In this document: positions 24,913-32,000 of the stretch, in pieces | Position numbering within the stretch: position 1 is the first letter of the stretch | How the letters are laid out: each line of letters begins with the position of its first letter | From: Alkalilimnicola ehrlichii MLHE-1 | GTDB taxonomy: Bacteria > Pseudomonadota > Gammaproteobacteria > Nitrococcales > Halorhodospiraceae | Assembly: GCF_000014785.1 (NCBI RefSeq) | Contig: NC_008340.1 | Location: 1,380,001-1,412,000, forward strand | DNA: 32,000 nucleotides | Direction: 5' to 3' | The notes under the pieces: model-generated | Told to the model about the DNA's origin: nothing | Database searches by the model: none | What the model saw: the letters and a program-made list of their open reading frames with translations, nothing else | Translations under genes and position numbers: made by a program

Positions 24913-26454
24913 GTGAGCAACGGCAGTGATGCCATGGAGACACAGGCAGAGTTACTTGCGGCGCTGCGGAACCCCCGGGTCTACCCCTGGCCGGCGGAAG
25001 GCGTGGAGGTCATAGAGACCCACATCTCCACCGTTTTTCTGGCTGGAGACCATGTGCTGAAGATCAAAAAGCCGCTGGATCTGGGCTTTCTGGACTTTAG
25101 CACCCTGGAGCGACGGGCCTGGTGCTGCGAGGAAGAGGTGCGTCTGAACAGCCGGCTCGCGCCCGATTGGTATCTGCGCGCGGTGCCCATAACCGGCCGT
25201 GCCGACGCGCCGGCGCTGGAGGGTGACGGCGAGCCGCTGGAGTGGGGGGTGCTGATGCGCCGTTTCCCCCAGTCGGCCCTGATGGATGCCCGGCTCGAGC
25301 GCGGAGAACTGCCGGTGACGGTCATGGAGGACCTGGCGCGGGTGGTGGCCGAGTTCCATGCCGAGATCCCCGGGGCGGGGCCGGATACCGATTACGGCTC
25401 GGTGGATTCGGTGCTCGCGCCCATGCTCCAGAATTTCGAGCAGCTGCGGGGGTTGGAGGCGGCCGGGGCCGACCCGGCCGCGTTGGACGCCCTGGAGGCC
25501 TGGACCCAGGCGCAGGGGGATGAACTGGAAGAGCTGATAGACAGCCGGTTCCAGGGCGGATTTGTGCGCGAGTGCCACGGGGACCTGCACCTGGGTAACA
25601 TCGCCTGGCATGAGGGCCAGGTGATTGTCTTTGACGCCATCGAGTTCGAGCCCTACCTGCGCTGGATCGACGTCGCCAACGAGGTGGCGTTTGTGATCAT
25701 GGACCTGGACCACCGCGGCGCCAGTGATCACCGCCACCGGTTCCTGAACGCCTACCTCGAACACACCGGCGACTACGGCATGGTCCGCCTGCTGCGCTTC
25801 TATGCGGCCTATCGGGCCATGGTGCGCGCCAAGATCAACGGCTTCATGGCCAGCCAGGCGGAGGCGGGCAGCGATGCCCGCCAGGCGGCGCGCCAGCGGG
25901 TGACCGACTACATGGCCCTGGCCCAGCGCTACACCCAGCTTCGCCGCCCCGAGCTGGTCATCACCCATGGCCTGTCCGGGGCCGGCAAGACCCGCGTGGC
26001 CGGTGAGCTGGTGGCCGCCGAGGGCCATCTGCGCCTGCGCTCGGACGTGGAGCGCAAGCGGTTGTTCGGCCTGAGCCCGGATGCGCGCCGGGACGATGAG
26101 CCCGAGCAGGGGTTGTACACCGCTGAGGCCACCGAGCGTACCTACAGTCATCTGGAAGGATTGGCCCGGGAGATGCTGGAGGCCGGCTGGTCGGTGGTGG
26201 TGGACGCCGCCTTCCTCGACCCCCGGCACCGGCAGGCCTTCCGTGACCTGGCTGAGGAGTTGGAGTGCGACTTCCGCATCCTCGCCGTGCAGGCCCGGCC
26301 GGAGGTGCTGCGGGAGCGGGTCAAGGCCCGTGCTGATGCCGGTGGCGATGCCTCCGACGCCACCCTCACCGTCCTCGAGCACCAGCTGGCGGACTACGAG
26401 CCGCTGAGCGAAGCCGAGGCGGCGGTGGCGGAGGTGGTCCGAACGGACGGTTGA
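24913..26454 (+). CDS. Bifunctional aminoglycoside phosphotransferase-like / AAA (gluconate-kinase-like) ATP-binding protein
   Basis: N-terminal 'ETHISTVFLAGDHVLKIKKPLDLGFLDF' and 'RECHGDLHLGNIAWHEGQVIVFDAIEFEP' (APH), C-terminal 'VITHGLSGAGKTRVAGELV' (P-loop kinase). Confidence 0.88.
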   Translation: MSNGSDAMETQAELLAALRNPRVYPWPAEGVEVIETHISTVFLAGDHVLKIKKPLDLGFLDFSTLERRAWCCEEEVRLNSRLAPDWYLRAVPITGRADAPALEGDGEPLEWGVLMRRFPQSALMDARLERGELPVTVMEDLARVVAEFHAEIPGAGPDTDYGSVDSVLAPMLQNFEQLRGLEAAGADPAALDALEAWTQAQGDELEELIDSRFQGGFVRECHGDLHLGNIAWHEGQVIVFDAIEFEPYLRWIDVANEVAFVIMDLDHRGASDHRHRFLNAYLEHTGDYGMVRLLRFYAAYRAMVRAKINGFMASQAEAGSDARQAARQRVTDYMALAQRYTQLRRPELVITHGLSGAGKTRVAGELVAAEGHLRLRSDVERKRLFGLSPDARRDDEPEQGLYTAEATERTYSHLEGLAREMLEAGWSVVVDAAFLDPRHRQAFRDLAEELECDFRILAVQARPEVLRERVKARADAGGDASDATLTVLEHQLADYEPLSEAEAAVAEVVRTDG

Positions 26455-26490
26455 CCGACCGTCACCCAACACCCCATGGAGACGTTGTAA

Positions 26491-27858
26491 ATGTCCGCAC
26501 CCGACGAGGCGGCAGTGGCAGAGCCGGTCACCCGCAAACAGGCGCTGGTGGACTGGGTCGCCGCCGGCTGCAAACCGCCAGAGGATTGGCGAATCGGTAC
26601 CGAGCACGAAAAGTTCGTGTTTCACCGCGGGGACCTGAGCCCCGTGCCTTACCAGGGCGAGCGCGGCATCGGCCAGTTTCTGGCCCGCCTGCAGCGGTTT
26701 GGCTGGGCCCCGGTGCACGAGGGCGAGCACATTATTGCCCTGAAGAAGGACAAGGGCAGCATCACCCTGGAGCCCGGTGGCCAGCTGGAGCTCTCCGGCG
26801 CCCCCCTGGAGAATATCCATCAGTCCTGCCGCGAGGTGCAGGAGCACCTGCGCCAGGTGGACGAGGTGGCGCGGGAGCTGGATTTGGGCATGATCGGGCT
26901 CGGTTTCCATCCCACGGCCCGCCGCGAGGACATCCCCTGGATGCCCAAGGGGCGTTACGCGGTGATGCGCAACTACATGCCCAAGGTCGGCACCCTGGGG
27001 CTCGATATGATGCTGCGCACCTGCACCGTGCAGGTGAACCTCGATTTCAGCTCCGAGCGCGATATGGTGCACAAATTCCGGGTGGGATTGGCCCTGCAGC
27101 CGCTGGCCACCGCGCTGTTCGCGAACTCACCCTTTGTCGAGGGCCGGCCCAGCGGCCTGCTCAGCTACCGCAGTCACGTCTGGACCGACACCGACAACGA
27201 TCGCTGCGGCATGCTCCCCTTCGTCTTCGATGAGGGCATGAGCTTTGAGCGCTACGTGGAGCATGTGCTGGACGTGCCGATGTACTTTGTCTACCGCGAC
27301 GGCCGGTATATCGACGTCGCCGGCCAGTCGTTCCGCGACTTCATGTGCGGCCGTCTGCCGGGGCTGCCCGGCGAGTACCCGCGGATGAGCGACTGGGAAG
27401 ACCACCTGTCCACGCTCTTCCCGGAGGTGCGCATGAAGCGCTTTATCGAGATGCGCGGTGCCGACGGCGGTCCCTGGGGGCGGCTCTGTGCCCTGCCGGC
27501 GTTCTGGGTCGGGTTGCTCTACAGCGATCGGGCCTTGGATGAGGCGCTGCAGTTGATCGCGGACTGGAGTGTGGAGGAGATCAGCGCCCTGCGCGAGCAG
27601 GTGCCGAGGGAGGGGCTGGCGACCCGGTTCCGCGGCGGCACCCTGCGCGAGGTGGCGCTGGAGGTGCTCGCCATCAGCCGTCGCGGCCTGGCCGATCGGG
27701 CGTGGCTGGACCGGCGCGGCCGTGACGAGGCGCACTTCCTCGACCTGTTGGACGGGATCGCCCAGAGCGGCCGTACCCCGGCGGAGGAATTGCTGGAGGC
27801 GTGGGCGGGGCGTTGGCAACAGGATGTGGCCCCGGTGTTCCGGGAGTTTGCTTATTAG
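26491..27858 (+). CDS. gshA: Glutamate--cysteine ligase (plant/alphaproteobacterial-type)
   Basis: '[12 protein letters not shown]', '[37 protein letters not shown]', '[39 protein letters not shown]'. Confidence 0.95.
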   Translation: MSAPDEAAVAEPVTRKQALVDWVAAGCKPPEDWRIGTEHEKFVFHRGDLSPVPYQGERGIGQFLARLQRFGWAPVHEGEHIIALKKDKGSITLEPGGQLELSGAPLENIHQSCREVQEHLRQVDEVARELDLGMIGLGFHPTARREDIPWMPKGRYAVMRNYMPKVGTLGLDMMLRTCTVQVNLDFSSERDMVHKFRVGLALQPLATALFANSPFVEGRPSGLLSYRSHVWTDTDNDRCGMLPFVFDEGMSFERYVEHVLDVPMYFVYRDGRYIDVAGQSFRDFMCGRLPGLPGEYPRMSDWEDHLSTLFPEVRMKRFIEMRGADGGPWGRLCALPAFWVGLLYSDRALDEALQLIADWSVEEISALREQVPREGLATRFRGGTLREVALEVLAISRRGLADRAWLDRRGRDEAHFLDLLDGIAQSGRTPAEELLEAWAGRWQQDVAPVFREFAY

Positions 27859-27918
27859 CCCGATCCAGGGGCCCATCGGTCACGGGGGGATTGTCACGGG
27901 GCCGCACCGGGCATAGGC

Positions 27919-27936
27919 TTGTACAGGTATTGTACA
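27919..27936 (+). promoter_or_regulatory. Direct repeat TTGTACA-GGTA-TTGTACA upstream of the DUF523-DUF1722 gene (candidate MerR-family PhrR/LitR/CarH-type operator)
   Basis: Two perfect TTGTACA heptamers at 27919-27925 and 27930-27936 (11-bp period), ending 21 bp before the ATG at 27958. Confidence 0.6.
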
Positions 27937-27957
27937 GTTAGGTCCGGAGGGATCCCA

Positions 27958-28938
27958 ATGAGCCAGGCCAGCTTTATGCCGCCCCGTGACCACACCAAGA
28001 TCCCCGTTGGGATCAGCTCCTGCCTGCTGGGGGAGCCGGTGCGCTATGATCGGGGCCACAAGCGCAGCGCTTTCATCACTGATATCCTGGCCGCGTATTT
28101 CGACTTCCGCCCCGTCTGTCCGGAGGTGGCAATCGGGCTGGGTGTGCCACGGCCACCCATTCGGCTCGCCGGTGACCCGGAGCGACCGCGGGCGGTCGGG
28201 GTGCGGGATCCGCGCGTGGACGTCACAGCGCCGTTGCGCGCCTACGGCGAGCGCATGGCCGGTGAGCTCGATTACATCAGTGGCTACATCTTCAAGAGCA
28301 AGTCCCCCAGTTGCGGGCTGTTCCGGGTGAAGGTCTACGGCGAGTCGGGCAGAGCGCCCTCCGCGACCGGTCGCGGGCTCTACGCCCAGGCCATCACCGA
28401 GGCCAATCCACTACTACCCGTGGAGGAGGAGGGCCGGCTTAACGACCCGGTCCTGCGCGAGAACTTCATCGGCCGGGTCTACGCCTACCACCGCTGGCAG
28501 ACCCTCCTGGCCGAGGGGGTGACGGCGGAACGGTTGGTCGACTTTCACACCGCGCACAAGCTCATCCTGATGGCACACGGCCGTCAGGGCCTGCGGGAGA
28601 TGGGACGACTGGTGGCCCAGGCCGGCCACGGAAATCTGGAGCGGATCACGGAGGCCTACGGGGCGTCGTTCATGCGCACGCTGAGGCACAAGGCCACCCG
28701 GCGGCGGCACACCGATGTGCTCTTCCACCTGCTGGGCTACCTCAAGCGCACCCTGGAGAGCGACGAGAAGGCCGAGGCGGTGGAGCTGATCCACGACTAC
28801 CGGGAGGGGCGGGTGCCGCTGATCGTGCCTGTGACCCTGCTGCGGCACCACTTTCGCAAGCATCCCGAGCCCTACGTCGAGCGACAGCTCTATCTGCACT
28901 GGCAGCCGGCGGGCCTGGGGCTGTGGAACGCCATCTAA
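27958..28938 (+). CDS. TudS (DUF523) - DUF1722 fusion protein, RudS-like tRNA 4-thiouridine desulfidase candidate
   Basis: N-terminal DUF523 with three Cys: 'GISSCLLGEPVRYDRGHKRSAF', 'FRPVCPEVAIGLGVPRPPIRL', 'SKSPSCGLFRVKVYG'. C-terminal DUF1722 'ENFIGRVYAYHRWQTLL', 'DFHTAHKLILMAH'. ATG preceded by GGAGGG. Confidence 0.88.
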   Translation: MSQASFMPPRDHTKIPVGISSCLLGEPVRYDRGHKRSAFITDILAAYFDFRPVCPEVAIGLGVPRPPIRLAGDPERPRAVGVRDPRVDVTAPLRAYGERMAGELDYISGYIFKSKSPSCGLFRVKVYGESGRAPSATGRGLYAQAITEANPLLPVEEEGRLNDPVLRENFIGRVYAYHRWQTLLAEGVTAERLVDFHTAHKLILMAHGRQGLREMGRLVAQAGHGNLERITEAYGASFMRTLRHKATRRRHTDVLFHLLGYLKRTLESDEKAEAVELIHDYREGRVPLIVPVTLLRHHFRKHPEPYVERQLYLHWQPAGLGLWNAI

Positions 28939-28981
28939 CCCGGGCTGTTGACCCGACGGCCGGTACAAGGACGACGATGCA

Positions 28982-30238
28982 GTGATCGGTAACAAGATCT
29001 TACAGTTTCTGCTGCCGCCCCTGGTGATTGCCGCCGGGGTGGCCCTGTTTATCGGTCTGCGCGCCACCGCCCCGGAGACCGAACCGCAACCGGTGGAAGA
29101 ACCGGCCTGGACGGTGGACAGCACCGTCGTGACGCCGGCCCCGGTGGCGCCGCGCCTGCGTCTCTCCGGCCATCTGGAATCGCCGCGCACCAGTGCGCTG
29201 ACCGCGGCGGTGGAGGCGGACGTGATCGAGGTGTCGGCGCGCGAGGGACGCCGGGTGGCGGCCGGTGAGCGGCTGGTGCAACTGGACGGGACCGATCTGG
29301 AGCTGCAGGTCCGGGAGCAGAGGGCGGAGATCAACGAACTCCAGGCCCAGCTCGCCCTGGAGGAGCACCAGATTGAGGCCGACCGGCGGGAACTGGCCAG
29401 CGAACGGGAGCTGGAGGCCATCGCCGAACGGGAGCTGGGGCGCGTACAGCGGCTTGCCGACCGCGATCTGGCCTCCGGCTCGGACCTGGATGGGGCCCGC
29501 CGGGAGCTGGCGCAGCAGCGCATGGCGGTGAGCAGCCGCCGGCTCGCCGTGGATTCGGCGGAGAGTCGTCTGGCCCAGTTGGCGGCCCGGCTGGACCGGG
29601 CCGAGGCCCTGCATGACCGGCTTGCCCGCGACCTGGGCCGCACCACTGTGCGCGCCCCCTTCGCCGGGCGGGTGGCAGAGGTGAGCGTCAGCCCGGGGGA
29701 CCGCGTTCGCCCCGGGGAGCCGCTGGTCGAAGTCTATGACAGCGGGGCGTTGGAGGTGCGGGCCCATCTGCCCGCCGGCCGGATCGGCCCAATCCGCCGG
29801 GTGTTGGCGTTGGGGACGCCGTTGTCTGCAACGGCGGTGGTGGATGCCGAGCCCCTGCGCCTGGAACTGGACCGGCTTGGCGGTCGTTCCGACCGGGGAG
29901 AGGGGGGCGTGACCGCGCTGTTCCGGGTCACCGAGGGGGGGGAGGACCTGCCCTTGGGCCGTTTCGTCGCCCTGGAGGCCATGCTGCCGGTGGAGCCCGA
30001 TGCGGTGGTCCTGCCCTTTGAGGCCCTATACGGGACCCGGCGGGTCTACCGGCTGGAGGAGGGGCGCATGCGCGCGGTGGAGGTGGAGCGGCTGGGCGAG
30101 GCGCCGCTGCCCGACGGCCGGCGCGGGATGCTGGTGCGCAGCCCGGAGTTGACCGCGGGCACCCGGGTGGTGGTCACCCAGATTCCGCGGGCCATGGACG
30201 GGCTGCGGGTGCGCGATCTGGGGAGTGAGGCACCGTGA
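28982..30238 (+). CDS. RND efflux transporter periplasmic adaptor subunit
   Basis: 'LRLSGHLESPRTSALTAAVEADVIEVSAREGRRVAAGERLVQLDGTDLEL', a long coiled-coil region, 'TTVRAPFAGRVAEVSVSPGDRVRPGEPLVEVYD'. GTG start. Confidence 0.88.
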   Translation: MIGNKILQFLLPPLVIAAGVALFIGLRATAPETEPQPVEEPAWTVDSTVVTPAPVAPRLRLSGHLESPRTSALTAAVEADVIEVSAREGRRVAAGERLVQLDGTDLELQVREQRAEINELQAQLALEEHQIEADRRELASERELEAIAERELGRVQRLADRDLASGSDLDGARRELAQQRMAVSSRRLAVDSAESRLAQLAARLDRAEALHDRLARDLGRTTVRAPFAGRVAEVSVSPGDRVRPGEPLVEVYDSGALEVRAHLPAGRIGPIRRVLALGTPLSATAVVDAEPLRLELDRLGGRSDRGEGGVTALFRVTEGGEDLPLGRFVALEAMLPVEPDAVVLPFEALYGTRRVYRLEEGRMRAVEVERLGEAPLPDGRRGMLVRSPELTAGTRVVVTQIPRAMDGLRVRDLGSEAP

Positions 30239-32000
30239 TCCGCGGCGACCGCGCCGGCGGCCTGGCTTGGTTTTCCCGCCACCCGGTGGCCGCCAACCTG
30301 GTGCTGATCCTGATGGTGGTCGGCGGGCTGTACTCTGTCACCCAGCTCAATACCCAGTTCTTCCCCAACTTCGAGCTGGACATTGTCAACGTTGAGGTGG
30401 AGTGGCAGGGCGCCACCGCCGAGGACGTGGCCGACGGCATCACCCGCCCGTTGGAGGATGAGCTGCGGGACCTGGACGGCCTGCGGGAGATGGTCTCCAC
30501 CTCCGCCGAGGGGATAGCGGTGATCACCCTGGAGTTTGCCGAGGGCACCGACATGGCCCAGGCGGTGGAGGACGCCAAGGAACGGGTGGGTCGGGTGCGC
30601 AATCTGCCTCCGGACTCGGAAACCCCCACCATCAACCGCATCACCCGCTATGACCCCATCGCCCGGGTGCTGCTCACCGGCGAGGTGCAACCCGATGAAC
30701 TGCGCGGCCTCGCCCGCAGCCTGGAGGAGAGCCTGCTGCAGAGTGGGGTGGCGCGGGTGCAGGTCACCGGCCTGCCGGCGGAGGAGATCCGCATCACCAC
30801 CCGCAATGAGCGGTTGCTGGACCTGGGGCTCTCCTTCGACCGCTTCGCCGGTCTGATCGCCAGTCAGAGCCGGGATCTGCCCGCCGGCGAGGTGGGCGAG
30901 GCCGACGTCGCCCGCCAGTTGCGCAGTCTGGAGCAGCGGCGCAGCGTGGCGGAGTTCGAGAACCTGCAACTCGCCATCGACGGTCGTAACATCCTGCTCG
31001 GCGACATCGCACGGGTGGAACGCCTGCCCCGTGACCGGGAGGTCGAGGTCTATTTCCAGGGCCGGCCGGCGGTGGAACTGCTGCTGGAGCGGGCCGAGCA
31101 GGAGGACGCCCTGGACAGCGCCCGTATCCTCGAGGAGTGGGTGGCGGAAACCCGGCCCACGCTGCCGCCCGGTGTGGAACTGCAGGTCTTCGATGAATCC
31201 TGGGAACTGATCAGCGAGCGCATCGGCCTGCTGGTAAAGAACGGCCTGGGCGGGCTGATTCTGGTGGTGGGCATCCTGTTCATCTTCCTCTCGGGGCGGG
31301 TGGCCTTTTGGGTCACCGTGGGCATCCCGGCCTCCTTTCTGGCCGCCCTGACCGTGCTCTGGCTGGTCGGCGGCAGCATCAATATGATCAGCCTGTTCGC
31401 ACTGATCATGACCCTGGGTATCATCGTCGATGACGCCATCGTCGTGGGCGAGGACGGGCTCTCCCACTACCAGCGCGGCGAGAGCCCCTTCCAGGCCTCG
31501 GAGGGCGGTGCCCGGCGTATGTTCCCGCCGGTGATCGCCTCCTCGCTGACCACCGTGGCCGCCTTCCTGCCACTGATGGCCGTGGGCGGTGTGATCGGCA
31601 ATATCCTGTTCGATATCCCCTTGGTGGTGGTCTGCGTCATCCTGGCGTCGCTGGTGGAGGCCTTCCTGGTGTTGCCAGGCCACCTGCGGCGCTCCTTTGA
31701 GGCCATGCAGCGGGCCGACGGCGGCTGGTCCGGACGGATCTGGCGCCTGCTTCGCCGGCAGCGGAGACAGCCTGCAGCGGAGGCTGGCGGCCGGACGGGG
31801 CCGCCCGGGCCCGGTCCGGTCCGCCGGCGTATCGACGGCGCCTTCGATACCTTCCGCGACCGCTACTTCATTCCGGCCGTGCGCCGGGCGATCGCCTTCC
31901 GCTGGACCACCATTGCCGTGGGCATCGCGCTGCTGATCGGCTCTGTGGGCCTGGTGGCCGGGGGGCGGATCGCCTTCACCTTCTTCCCCACCGTGGAGGG
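30235..32000 (+). CDS. Efflux RND transporter permease (AcrB family), N-terminal part, truncated by window edge
   Basis: GTG at 30235 overlaps the adaptor stop. Translation begins VIRGDRAGGLAWFSRHPVAANLVLILMMVGGLYSVTQLNTQFFPNFELDIVNVEVEWQGATAEDVADGITRPLEDELRDLDG, later 'SLFALIMTLGIIVDDAIVVGEDGLSHYQ'. Open to the window end. Confidence 0.92.
   Translation, partial: MIRGDRAGGLAWFSRHPVAANLVLILMVVGGLYSVTQLNTQFFPNFELDIVNVEVEWQGATAEDVADGITRPLEDELRDLDGLREMVSTSAEGIAVITLEFAEGTDMAQAVEDAKERVGRVRNLPPDSETPTINRITRYDPIARVLLTGEVQPDELRGLARSLEESLLQSGVARVQVTGLPAEEIRITTRNERLLDLGLSFDRFAGLIASQSRDLPAGEVGEADVARQLRSLEQRRSVAEFENLQLAIDGRNILLGDIARVERLPRDREVEVYFQGRPAVELLLERAEQEDALDSARILEEWVAETRPTLPPGVELQVFDESWELISERIGLLVKNGLGGLILVVGILFIFLSGRVAFWVTVGIPASFLAALTVLWLVGGSINMISLFALIMTLGIIVDDAIVVGEDGLSHYQRGESPFQASEGGARRMFPPVIASSLTTVAAFLPLMAVGGVIGNILFDIPLVVVCVILASLVEAFLVLPGHLRRSFEAMQRADGGWSGRIWRLLRRQRRQPAAEAGGRTGPPGPGPVRRRIDGAFDTFRDRYFIPAVRRAIAFRWTTIAVGIALLIGSVGLVAGGRIAFTFFPTVE

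Noticed and set aside
24952-27072. Very long antisense ORF (706 aa, minus strand)
   Set aside because: Fully antisense to the convincing APH/AAA and gshA genes and has low-complexity His/Gln/Leu-rich composition typical of high-GC shadow ORFs.
30046-31683. 545-aa minus-strand ORF
   Set aside because: Antisense shadow of the RND permease; the sense frame has unmistakable AcrB-family motifs.

Overview
The window is a high-GC gammaproteobacterial chromosomal segment. Its gene content suggests a halophilic, possibly Ectothiorhodospiraceae/Halorhodospira-like organism (inference only). It is densely coding and shows no sign of phage, transposon or CRISPR. Main modules: (i) 3' end of a dihydrolipoyl dehydrogenase, a cyclic-nucleotide-binding protein, a thiamine-binding (MTH1187/DUF77) protein and a KamA-like radical SAM aminomutase; (ii) an RND efflux pair; (iii) an ExeM-like nuclease and an LpxR-like protein; (iv) ectoine genes in a split layout, with ectAB on the minus strand and ectC on the plus strand converging on a bidirectional terminator; (v) tsaB; (vi) a zinc island with znuA / zur-znuC-znuB plus a divergently oriented ATPase-permease-DUF3299 lipoprotein operon, where both transcription units have Zur-box-like palindromes and the permease carries a (His-Asp)n insertion encoded by a perfect 12-bp tandem repeat; (vii) an Mce/Mla-type lipid transport operon ending in hisI; (viii) a fused phosphotransferase/AAA kinase, gshA and a TudS(DUF523)-DUF1722 fusion (RudS-like) preceded by a TTGTACA-N4-TTGTACA direct repeat; (ix) a second RND adaptor/permease pair running off the window. 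The strongest candidates for follow-up are the putative Zur-controlled His-rich ABC/DUF3299 system, the putative PhrR/LitR-like control of the RudS-like gene, the non-lysine-like active-site residues of the KamA homologue, and the split ectoine locus.
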